Sequence record: OR513085.1
Strand: one strand, 5' to 3'
Length of the DNA: 64,000 nucleotides
The translations under genes were made by a program, and so were the position numbers. Within the stretch, counting starts at the first letter, position 1. Each line of letters opens with the position of its first letter. This document shows positions 37,359 to 46,399 of the stretch, piece after piece. Below the pieces are notes generated by a model. That model ran no database searches and was not told where the DNA came from. It saw nothing but the letters and a program-made list of their open reading frames with translations.

Positions 37359-38261
37359 ATGACAAAAACAGATAAACTAAGGGCCTTAGTATCAACGCAG
37401 AACCTTGATAAGGAACGTTTAGAATTGCTAGAAAAATTATACGATTTGGTAGATTCTGCAATAATTTACGAAATGTCGGAATACTTTACTATGCCAGTAG
37501 ACGTACTTTACACAGTAGTTCAGGATGCTATTGACTATGATCACAAAGCAATAATGGCAGGGGAATTGGATTCCAAGTCTTTCATTGTTGAGTATGACAA
37601 CTTAATTGACCAGGACATTACAAACAATAATAGTGTAATTAGTTTGATCGAATCTAAAATTGCAGGCTTAGGAATGTTTGCGCCTACACACTTAGCAGAA
37701 GCTTTGGCTAGTTGTAAAGTAGATGTGATTTACAGAGCCATTTGGATTAATGTAACTGGCAAAGTTAAACTTATTGTTTGGTTTAACGATGATGCTACGT
37801 TAAAAGACATTAAATTTTATGGTGTTTCGGATGTAAACAGATCAGACGAATCATTTGAATTAGCGTCATACATTTACATTAACAGGCATTCTATATTTGA
37901 TGAAGGTACTATGAATGGCATAAAAGCCTGGCATACTATGATGTGGGAGAACGACAAACAGGCTCATCAATTTATGCCAATGGTTGTAGACAATCTACAA
38001 TTCTTTGCAGATAACGGAGTTTCTCAAAGAGTGTTTAGCAAAATTACACATTCTGGTGAGCTTGACTATTCTATGTACATGAACATACTAACACCAGATT
38101 CAATTGGTGAAGCTATGAATGGGGTACATTTTAGAAGGCATCCACTTAGCAAACTTAATATCAAAGGAACGTACATATCATATTTGCATGAATTGGCGTT
38201 TCATGTTATAGTTCATAGATACAAACTAACAGCAAAAAAGAAAGAAGACGATGCTAATTAA
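37359..38261 (+). CDS. Hypothetical protein
   Basis: About 300 aa; ATG at 37359. Confidence 0.6.
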   Translation: MTKTDKLRALVSTQNLDKERLELLEKLYDLVDSAIIYEMSEYFTMPVDVLYTVVQDAIDYDHKAIMAGELDSKSFIVEYDNLIDQDITNNNSVISLIESKIAGLGMFAPTHLAEALASCKVDVIYRAIWINVTGKVKLIVWFNDDATLKDIKFYGVSDVNRSDESFELASYIYINRHSIFDEGTMNGIKAWHTMMWENDKQAHQFMPMVVDNLQFFADNGVSQRVFSKITHSGELDYSMYMNILTPDSIGEAMNGVHFRRHPLSKLNIKGTYISYLHELAFHVIVHRYKLTAKKKEDDAN

Positions 38262-38637
38262 GCCTAACGACTTAGTAAAACAAGCTTTTCATAAACGAAC
38301 AAATATAGCTTCGGACTACTTAACTAACTTACGTGATACTAACGTTTACGTAAGTTTAGTAGCCTTAGCAAATGACAAATGCCGAGAACATGAAAATGTA
38401 TCTTGGCATTGTGCTTTCTGCATTGGCAAAATGACTATAAATTGTTCAGACTTTTCGTCACTAAAATTTGAAGACTTTCTATGCGACAAATGCGTCGAGA
38501 TTCCAAAATCTGACGCATTGTGCATGAATGTTATAAAGTCGTCGAATAACCTGTTCCTTAACTTACAGAACAGGATTCGACATAATTTCAAAGGAACTGA
38601 GTTGCCTACTATCAGTGTTAAAAGAACGTACCGTTAA
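38251..38637 (+). CDS. Putative zinc-finger protein
   Basis: CAFC and CDKC pairs. Confidence 0.5.
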   Translation: MLIKPNDLVKQAFHKRTNIASDYLTNLRDTNVYVSLVALANDKCREHENVSWHCAFCIGKMTINCSDFSSLKFEDFLCDKCVEIPKSDALCMNVIKSSNNLFLNLQNRIRHNFKGTELPTISVKRTYR

Positions 38638-38671
38638 AAGAACGTACACAAAGTGATTGCTATGCATACCG

Positions 38672-40615
38672 CTAACCGACCCAGTCATCAAAACCATCGC
38701 CATAGAAGTCATCGACTTCCTTGCCTCCTAGCTCAAATAAAGTTTCCATAGCATCCTCTATAAATGATACATAATTGTCGTTAGCTTTGTCAATATAAGC
38801 ACAAAGGTTAACTAATGTCATTACAGTATCATCCTTAAAGCCATCTGCGGCACCGTATGAATTTTTGATCTTACCAAAATATTTAAGCTGGTCTATCGTA
38901 ATTAATTCGTTAACTACGATACGGCCAGACTCAAGGTCAGACTTAGCATTCGGTACGTACATGGCTTTTGTTGCTGAGCTAAGGTGAACTCCGGCTTTAG
39001 ATTTGTCGCCAACTTGCGTACGTGCGAAGTTCTCAACTTCAATCGGAACTATACGACCAACTGACTCAGTACGTAAGTAATTCAAGAACGCTTCGCCATA
39101 TTTGTTGTATTCTACTGAAATTCTGTAACGATCTTCCGACATCATTTTTGTACAGAATGAACGTAGCCAGTATGCAGTAGCTTTTGGTGTTGCGTTGTTA
39201 CCAATCATTATTGCTACCTGCTCCCAATAAATGTCATAGTCTTCAAAAAGGTCATCGCCCATTTGAAAGTCATCATCGCCATCTACCATGTAGTCTAGTG
39301 AATTTCCTGGATTTAGCAGGTTATTATAGTAGTCATCAGAACTTTGTTTTTTTGGAGCAACTTCAATCTTTTCGACTTTTGGTCTAGCCATAAGCTTAAA
39401 GAAATTGAAAACCGTGTCATCGGCGCCAATACCTTCCGCAATATCACAAGTTACTATAAAATAGTCTTTCTTCCAGTCAATAGTTATGTCCTTCCTAACT
39501 TTAAAGTTTTTGATAGGCTCAACTTGGTCTAGCATTTTACGTCCTGTAGCATTAAGAATGTCGAATGCGAATGGTAGTACGTGGAATTGCTCAGCATCGT
39601 CGAATAGTCTTTCGTATGGTACGTAAACCGACTGGTCACGTTCAAGCTGAGAAATAAAGTCCTCGTTAAAAATAGTCTGTGTAGATGAAAGGAATTTACA
39701 ATTGAACTGTGTGTTAAATGCATCCTTACCATACGTCCCAAGCATTTCTTGCTTCCATGCCAAGTCTCTTCCTGGAACCTCCCACCAATTTACTTTTATC
39801 GGAAAGAATTTGTTTCTACCTTCCATCGCACCATAAAAAAGCGTTTTGAAAATTCCGCCTACTGAAGGTGTTGATGAAAATATAGCCTGCCCAGTTTTTA
39901 CTGCGGCAATAGTAGGTAATGCATATTCCACAAGCTCCTGAGATTGGTTAGCTAGCGGAATGTCAAGTTCGTCAATATACAAACAAGTCAAAGTCTTACC
40001 TACAAGTGCAGATTTTTTACAAGGTCCGGTGAATACTTTTGAACCATTGTCCAGAAGTACTGAGCCGCCATTCCATACAACGATACCAGGCTTCAAAAAG
40101 AACGGTAAGTTGATAAGGATTGACTTCATTTTGTTCAAGTTTTCCCCAGCAGTAGCTGCCTTGTCACCAAGTAATGCTATAGATTCCTGGCGGTGGAAAA
40201 TTAACTTCCAAAGTAGGAAAATTGCAGTTGTTGTAGTTTTACCAATCTGACGACCTGAAAGAATAATAACATATTTCTTTGTTTGCATAGCACGTAGCAA
40301 ACGTTTCTGGTACTTACGTAACGTAATGTTATTAGTCATACCAGTATCATCTACAAGCTTACAATATTTGTTAGCAAAATAAATTATGTCTTCTTTACAA
40401 CGTAGGAACTCTTCAAGTTCATTGCCCATCCAGCCCCAATTTAGGTCTGGTTTACGTAATTCTATGTTGTTGTTAAAAAATGGAGATGCACCTTTTTTCA
40501 AAGGAAGACCATTTGCTATGGCATCCAACGCCCATTGTACGTTGGTACTATTCCAGGAGACCTTCGCCGATTCTTGCTCCTCGGCGGAGGCAAATTGGAC
40601 TCGTGGGTCAAACAT
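38672..40615 (-). CDS. terL: Terminase large subunit (T4 gp17-like)
   Basis: LRKYQ, GRQIGKTT, YIDE, STP, DIAEG, DDTVM. Confidence 0.93.
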   Translation of the reverse strand: MFDPRVQFASAEEQESAKVSWNSTNVQWALDAIANGLPLKKGASPFFNNNIELRKPDLNWGWMGNELEEFLRCKEDIIYFANKYCKLVDDTGMTNNITLRKYQKRLLRAMQTKKYVIILSGRQIGKTTTTAIFLLWKLIFHRQESIALLGDKAATAGENLNKMKSILINLPFFLKPGIVVWNGGSVLLDNGSKVFTGPCKKSALVGKTLTCLYIDELDIPLANQSQELVEYALPTIAAVKTGQAIFSSTPSVGGIFKTLFYGAMEGRNKFFPIKVNWWEVPGRDLAWKQEMLGTYGKDAFNTQFNCKFLSSTQTIFNEDFISQLERDQSVYVPYERLFDDAEQFHVLPFAFDILNATGRKMLDQVEPIKNFKVRKDITIDWKKDYFIVTCDIAEGIGADDTVFNFFKLMARPKVEKIEVAPKKQSSDDYYNNLLNPGNSLDYMVDGDDDFQMGDDLFEDYDIYWEQVAIMIGNNATPKATAYWLRSFCTKMMSEDRYRISVEYNKYGEAFLNYLRTESVGRIVPIEVENFARTQVGDKSKAGVHLSSATKAMYVPNAKSDLESGRIVVNELITIDQLKYFGKIKNSYGAADGFKDDTVMTLVNLCAYIDKANDNYVSFIEDAMETLFELGGKEVDDFYGDGFDDWVG

Positions 40616-41072
40616 TGCTTTCGTTTATGTTATGGCTTACCGTATGTTTCATTCGGTTTAGCGCAGTTATTAATTTTCTAGTTTCGATATCGACTTTATA
40701 AACTTTAACTTCGGTATCAGGTTCTACTAACAATCCTGCAACATGACTATGATGGCCATCTGCAATATGTAAGTCATCTGAGCAAATGAATTTTAAAGAG
40801 CTACAGTCAATATCAGACATTTTAGCTTTTATTTTGTCAACGTTAACTTCGCATTGCGTAGGCAAAAGCTTAGCTAGCGGTAACATTACAACTTCTAGGC
40901 CATACAGACGTTCTAAGTCGGCAATAGTATCATCAAAATGTTCATCAAATATCTGTGGCATTTGTGAACGTTTCAAGCCAATTGACTTTCTGAAATACTT
41001 ATCGTAGTCAAAGTTATTGGCTGCCTTTGAAATGTCTATGCTTTCATTGATTATCTGTGTAAATGTGCGCAT
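40608..41072 (-). CDS. ParB/Srx-like domain protein
   Basis: LLPTQCEV...IADGHH; MRTFTQIINE start. Confidence 0.65.
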   Translation of the reverse strand: MRTFTQIINESIDISKAANNFDYDKYFRKSIGLKRSQMPQIFDEHFDDTIADLERLYGLEVVMLPLAKLLPTQCEVNVDKIKAKMSDIDCSSLKFICSDDLHIADGHHSHVAGLLVEPDTEVKVYKVDIETRKLITALNRMKHTVSHNINESNV

Positions 41073-41151
41073 TATCGTTGTGTATGTTTATTTAAATTAT
41101 TTATTCAGCCAAACGTATATATAATTTAACATTTAAAATAACATTTACAAT

Positions 41152-43338
41152 ATGTCACAGCCACTTTACACCCTGTTTAAGCGTACAGGGGCTTATACTC
41201 TGTTCAAGGACGAGTCTGAAATGGAGAGAACTAACGTAGGTGATACTGCACTTCATGTTATTGTCGGACAATCCCGATTCGGAAATGCACCAATCAACAC
41301 TTTAGTTAGACTTCAGGACACATCGGAATTATTCAATACTTTCGGTACGAGAGATCGTTACATGGAACGTAGAGGTAATTACTTAATTCCATACGCTAAC
41401 ATTTTACTTTCTCAAGGGCCAGTATTCGTACTTAACCTTAGAAAATTTGACGACACTAAGCATAAAGTAGACAACATCTCTGTTAAGCCTGCTAAAGATT
41501 CTAAGTTCGTTTTTGATTCCAACAAACAAGTTCCAATTCAGTCTATCTACGACAGAACGGGATTTTGGAAAGTTGACAAGGAATTAATTCAGGAAAACAT
41601 CAAGGACGAAGCATTGCTAATGTTCTCAACATTCAATTCAAAGTCTGGTTCAATCATTATCACTAAGGCAGATATGTCCTTAACTGAATTTGGTGGCGGA
41701 AAAACTGTGGCTGACTATAATGCTCAGCATCCAAGAAATCCAATCGAAAACTTACCTGGCGAATTCTTACTTGCAGATTTATTCTACAAAGTTGATGTTT
41801 TTGCATCTAGGTTAGCTAACGACTTAGCAACTAACTTTAACCCGGCATTAGCTGCATTCTTAGCAGTACCAACTTCTCCAACTGGAGGTAATGGACTTTT
41901 AGGAACTGGTACAGATGGTGTCCTTGGCACCGGTACAGATGGTGCATTAGCCGCTAACGACCCAGGAACTTTAGCTGCTTCTGAACCATTCACTAACGTT
42001 TTAGGAACTACTGCCGCTGAACAAGCTGCTAAGCTTGCAGGACTTATTGCTTTACGTTCTTCTAACTACTTACAATCTTACACTGGATGTATCATTCCTG
42101 ACGTAGTTTCTACTATGGGTGACAAAGTTTCTATTGCTGACCAGTTCAACAATGATTCTAAAATTCACGGTATGGTTGCTTCGTTTAACGAAGAATTGCT
42201 AGAAGAATGGGCGTTGGATATCGACAATGGCGATCCTACAGCAATCAAAGCATATTTTGATGGACTTGCACCTACTACGGGTGGAGGTAACCCAGTAGCT
42301 CCTCAAGTTATTGACCTTAAAGGTGCAGATACTACAGATGACCAGTTTATCGACGGTACTGCTGCTAAGCAAAATGAAATGCTTGACTTATTGACTACTA
42401 GAGGTCTTAAATCAGGTCTTACTGCATACAAGAAAAACGACTACGCATATATCCTGGATTCATTCAAGTCTTACTTACAGGCTAATGACAAATGGCAGAT
42501 TGCTAAGTTAGCTTTAGATACTAAGCGTATTAGCTACTTATATTCTACGCCATTCATGAAGGACTTTACTAGAGAAAAAACTTATCAGGATGACAATGGA
42601 GTATTTGATGCTAAGTTTATTCCACAAGGAGGTAACCCTTCCGTACAGGATAAAGTTTTGTATTCAATGCCAGGTGATGGATTTGGTGATATTGCAACAT
42701 TCCCATTCGCAGGTGGATTTATCTACGATGATGGAGGAAAACAAATTGCAATTCCAGGTTCAATTGCAGGAGCTATAGCATACGGTGCTAAGCATATTTC
42801 TGCAATCCGTAAGCCTTACTCAATTGTAAATGGACCAATCAATGGATTAGTAAATATGCCTTACGTTACTGACGTAGACTACGAATTTACTGACTATGAC
42901 TTGGATTGGCTAGAACCATTTGGATGGAACTGTAACTTGAAGTCTGGAACTGTTTTTGAAATCAGAAATGATGCTACGGCTAAAAACATCGTTAAGTCTT
43001 CACTTTCTTACGCTTCAAACTATGAGCTAATTACTTATATTGCTAGAGAAGGTAGAAAAGTACTTGAACCACTTATTGGTGAACGTAACAACCCAGTAAC
43101 TAGACTTAGAGCTAAGCAAGGAGTTGATGCCATCTGTAACAGACTTAGAGCTGAAGGAGTTATTGAAACTTACACTAACGTTTGTGACTTAACTAACAAC
43201 ACTGTACAGTTGAGAAAGCAAGGATTCCTAGTACTTGACACGGTTATTGTAACTGCTGATGGTATTAGAATTGCAGTTCATCAAATTGATGTTAAGCTTA
43301 CTAACGACGTAGCTAACATTGTTTTAGAGGACGCATAA
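41152..43338 (+). CDS. gp18: Tail sheath protein
   Basis: VGQSRFG..NTLV, NTFG; C-terminal VCDLTNNT..LVLD; followed by a tube gene. Confidence 0.85.
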   Translation: MSQPLYTLFKRTGAYTLFKDESEMERTNVGDTALHVIVGQSRFGNAPINTLVRLQDTSELFNTFGTRDRYMERRGNYLIPYANILLSQGPVFVLNLRKFDDTKHKVDNISVKPAKDSKFVFDSNKQVPIQSIYDRTGFWKVDKELIQENIKDEALLMFSTFNSKSGSIIITKADMSLTEFGGGKTVADYNAQHPRNPIENLPGEFLLADLFYKVDVFASRLANDLATNFNPALAAFLAVPTSPTGGNGLLGTGTDGVLGTGTDGALAANDPGTLAASEPFTNVLGTTAAEQAAKLAGLIALRSSNYLQSYTGCIIPDVVSTMGDKVSIADQFNNDSKIHGMVASFNEELLEEWALDIDNGDPTAIKAYFDGLAPTTGGGNPVAPQVIDLKGADTTDDQFIDGTAAKQNEMLDLLTTRGLKSGLTAYKKNDYAYILDSFKSYLQANDKWQIAKLALDTKRISYLYSTPFMKDFTREKTYQDDNGVFDAKFIPQGGNPSVQDKVLYSMPGDGFGDIATFPFAGGFIYDDGGKQIAIPGSIAGAIAYGAKHISAIRKPYSIVNGPINGLVNMPYVTDVDYEFTDYDLDWLEPFGWNCNLKSGTVFEIRNDATAKNIVKSSLSYASNYELITYIAREGRKVLEPLIGERNNPVTRLRAKQGVDAICNRLRAEGVIETYTNVCDLTNNTVQLRKQGFLVLDTVIVTADGIRIAVHQIDVKLTNDVANIVLEDA

Positions 43339-43404
43339 CAAACAATTTTATAACATTTAACGGCGGTCTTTTTAGGCCGCCTAATAAATATACAAAATAC
43401 TACA

Positions 43405-43971
43405 ATGAAATTACCACACGTAAGAAATAGTGCCGTAGCTCAACAATCGGCAGAAGCAATCTTCGGAGCGCTTTACGAAATGCAACTATTTCCGCCACAA
43501 GGAATTCCGTTTGTCGAGTACCTGAAAGACGAAATTACTTCAATTTCTGGGCTTGGTAAAATTGATGAACTTCCGGAAATTGTAACTCAGTTGGCTAGAG
43601 GTCATACTAGAGTTTTTATGAAGCCTTATTTGGATTCTACGCACCTTGAACTTGAACTTAAAGTTAACATTAATGCATCTGGTGTTAATGCTGACCAAAT
43701 AGTTATTTACGAAATGTTCAAACAATGGGCTAGACGTCAACGTGATGAAAGAACTGGTGCAATGGGTATCAAAGCCAATTGTGTAGGTTCAGGGGAATTA
43801 TCACAGGCTAACAAACCAGGATTTGCTTGGAGACGTATAGACCTTAAAAGAATTTTGATTCAATCCATTGAAGGTTTTGATGAAGCTGCACTAGAAAACG
43901 GTGACCCAATTCAGTTAACTGTAAAAATCGTAGTTGAAGAATGGGACTTACTAGATGCAGGTACTGTATAA
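43405..43971 (+). CDS. gp19: Tail tube protein
   Basis: 188 aa directly after the sheath; YEM, FKQW, tube-like beta pattern. Confidence 0.75.
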   Translation: MKLPHVRNSAVAQQSAEAIFGALYEMQLFPPQGIPFVEYLKDEITSISGLGKIDELPEIVTQLARGHTRVFMKPYLDSTHLELELKVNINASGVNADQIVIYEMFKQWARRQRDERTGAMGIKANCVGSGELSQANKPGFAWRRIDLKRILIQSIEGFDEAALENGDPIQLTVKIVVEEWDLLDAGTV

Positions 43972-44011
43972 TGCGACTGTGACACTACACTATATTTTTT
44001 AACCTACGCTT

Positions 44012-44046
44012 TAAAGCCTGGCACTCAAAAAGTGCCAGGCTTTTTC
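44012..44046 (+). terminator. Rho-independent terminator
   Basis: aaagcctggcac-tcaaaaa-gtgccaggcttt + T run. Confidence 0.9.
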
Positions 44047-44074
44047 GTGTGAAATTTTTTGAAAATAAGTACCA

Positions 44075-44120
44075 AAATATTTTCACATGTCGAAAATTAT
44101 GCTTATATTTACATATAATT
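44075..44120 (+). promoter_or_regulatory. Promoter cassette, TATATTTA class
   Basis: ttttcacatgtc-N12-tatattta (44104-44111). Confidence 0.75.
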
Positions 44121-44144
44121 AATAAACAAATACATATTAGCATT

Positions 44145-44480
44145 ATGATAACACTAGAATTAACGACAGAAAATCTTAACGGTGAATTAGTAACAATTAA
44201 AGATATGTTTAACGTTGCAGAAGGAAACATAATTAACGTAGGTTACGGATTTAAACCAAGATACCAGGATGCAACTGCAATAGAGCCAGGAATGCCTAAT
44301 GAAAAATATAGACTACATCATTCATTCAAGCCTTATGAAGGTGATACTATCAGAAACGAAAAATCTGGTAGAATATTTGTAGTTGGTGAAATTACTGGGT
44401 TTTTACATTTTGAAGCGCCTTTACTAGAAAATGGTGTTAAGGTTGCTACTTTAAAATTTGAGGAATACTACAAAGACTAA
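44145..44480 (+). CDS. Hypothetical protein
   Basis: Likely start 44145 downstream of the promoter. Confidence 0.55.
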   Translation: MITLELTTENLNGELVTIKDMFNVAEGNIINVGYGFKPRYQDATAIEPGMPNEKYRLHHSFKPYEGDTIRNEKSGRIFVVGEITGFLHFEAPLLENGVKVATLKFEEYYKD

Positions 44481-44485
44481 AAGCT

Positions 44486-45067
44486 ATGAGAATACGTGGA
44501 GGGGTTAAGTTCTACCCTGAACAGAACAAAGATAAAGAAAAGGCTATAACCCATGTAATGAAAGATACTGGGTTATATCAAGCCTGGGAAAACAAAGAAA
44601 TTTCAGCTAAAAACTACAAACGTATACGCCATGCTTTGCGTACGTTCGGTAATGTTTGTGCTACGCATGAGTTAAGCAAAGCAGAAGCTAAGCTACTTAC
44701 AGATGCTAAAGTTCCGGTAAATTTAGTATGGTCTGACATTTTTACGGATGCATTGGCTGATGAATTTACTAAATGGGCATCTAAACGTGACGATATCATT
44801 GGCAAGCCAACGTCACCGGATAGATTGTTAGTTGCAGTAATGCCAATGTTTTTGAAAACTCAGAATCTGGAAATTTTAGCTACTTTGACAAGGTCATTTG
44901 AATCAGAAGGCTACAAAAACTTCAAATACAGACCAACTGTAGTTTATCACGGAACTCCAGTAAAAACAAAATTCTTGGATGCTGAGCCTGAATATTCTAA
45001 TATAGACTTTGCATTATATCGTGCAGCTATAGCAGCCAACAAAATTTACAATTCATTTTATGCGTAG
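44486..45067 (+). CDS. Hypothetical protein
   Basis: 193-aa ORF. Confidence 0.55.
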   Translation: MRIRGGVKFYPEQNKDKEKAITHVMKDTGLYQAWENKEISAKNYKRIRHALRTFGNVCATHELSKAEAKLLTDAKVPVNLVWSDIFTDALADEFTKWASKRDDIIGKPTSPDRLLVAVMPMFLKTQNLEILATLTRSFESEGYKNFKYRPTVVYHGTPVKTKFLDAEPEYSNIDFALYRAAIAANKIYNSFYA

Positions 45068-45127
45068 TACTTAACTTTTACAGTCTGTTGTGTATTATAA
45101 ATATACAAATACGTATTTAAAAATATT

Positions 45128-46045
45128 ATGACAAACGAAGACAACAAAGAGTTAAGCCATTTTGAAGCACTTAAGGCTAAAGATGGAATTAACCAACCTG
45201 CGTCTGAGCCTGAGCTTACTATAGCGTCAGCACCTCAAATAGGACATGGTAGGGTCGATAAAAGCTTAATGCCTTTCGGTGGCAAGCAATATCCTGAAAA
45301 TATGGAGTTCGATGTTAGGTTGGCAGGAGTTAATGAAATTAGACATTGGTCTACAGTTTCGGATAACATGCACCCAACAAAACTTTACACTTATTTTAAC
45401 GATATTGTTCAAAAATGTGTTAAAGTTCATGGCGGAACTTGGCAAGACATTAAAGAGGCTGACAGACTTTGGTTTGTAATGTACATTCACGAACTAACGT
45501 TTATTGAGGCTGAACGTCCTGCAGTACTTAACGCTAGATGTAAGAATACTTCATGTGGCGAGGAATTTAAGGCTAAGCTTTACAAGGAAATTATTCAGTT
45601 CGATACACCTGATGAAGCTGTACACAAATACATTAACAAAGCTACCGGGTCATTCCACTTGCAAACAAAATCATATGGCGAAGTTATCCTAACTATTCCG
45701 ACGCTTAAAACCGGAGTAGCTTTGATGGCTTACTACAACAAGCAAAAAGAGGATTGGATTGAAAAGAACACAACGTTCCTGGATATAGCAACTTACATGA
45801 TTCAGCCGCATCAAACACCTACAGAAGGATTGTTTAATGCACTTTATGCTGACTATATGTCATGGGATTCTAAAAAATTATCGACAATGATTGGCCTAGT
45901 TGCCAAAGTTAAGTTGGTACCACGTCAAACATTTAAAGTTAAGTGCCCTAAATGTGGTAGCGAGACAGACCAGGCGCTTGACCTGGAAGGTGGGATTAGG
46001 TCTATTTTTCTACCAGTTTCAGATATCGCTGACGAACTTATTTAA
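45128..46045 (+). CDS. Baseplate hub assembly chaperone (T4 gp26-like)
   Basis: CKN..CG and CPKCG zinc knuckles; upstream of the tape measure; TATAAATA at about 45095. Confidence 0.7.
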   Translation: MTNEDNKELSHFEALKAKDGINQPASEPELTIASAPQIGHGRVDKSLMPFGGKQYPENMEFDVRLAGVNEIRHWSTVSDNMHPTKLYTYFNDIVQKCVKVHGGTWQDIKEADRLWFVMYIHELTFIEAERPAVLNARCKNTSCGEEFKAKLYKEIIQFDTPDEAVHKYINKATGSFHLQTKSYGEVILTIPTLKTGVALMAYYNKQKEDWIEKNTTFLDIATYMIQPHQTPTEGLFNALYADYMSWDSKKLSTMIGLVAKVKLVPRQTFKVKCPKCGSETDQALDLEGGIRSIFLPVSDIADELI

Positions 46046-46277
46046 TAATGTCGTTGACATTTGTGAACATGTAGGATTCCAACCATCAGAAATTTATGCA
46101 ATGCCTTATTCTGAATACCAGCACCACGTATACTACATCTTGGAAAAGGGTGAAAAACGAGCAGGACAGCAGGATGGTCAAGGTACCCAGCAAAACGCTA
46201 TGATGCGTAACCAACAAAGACAACTGTCAAAAGCTCAATCTAACTTTAAGATGCCAAAATCTCCAAAGTTTAAGTAA
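46011..46277 (+). CDS. gp51-like chaperone C-terminal segment, probably reached by +1 frameshift
   Basis: FQISLTNLF..GFQPSEIYAMPYSEY; no in-frame ATG before MPYSEY; overlaps the end of the upstream gene. Confidence 0.55.
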   Translation, partial: YQFQISLTNLFNNVVDICEHVGFQPSEIYAMPYSEYQHHVYYILEKGEKRAGQQDGQGTQQNAMMRNQQRQLSKAQSNFKMPKSPKFK

Positions 46278-46311
46278 AGCACACACTTTATACTCTTGAA
46301 TCATACCATTT

Positions 46312-46345
46312 GACCGTAGCATTAATTTGTTACGGTCTTTTTGCG
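46312..46345 (+). terminator. Rho-independent terminator
   Basis: gaccgtagca..tgttacggtc + T run. Confidence 0.75.
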
Positions 46346-46399
46346 TTTAAAAATTACAAACTACTAGCATTTTGTGTACATAACTAAAATTATAACAAT

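Noticed and set aside
164-40615. Inteins or group I introns in topo II, helicases or terminase
   Set aside because: Motif spacing is normal; no C/S...HN intein ends, LAGLIDADG/HNH endonuclease or frame break seen
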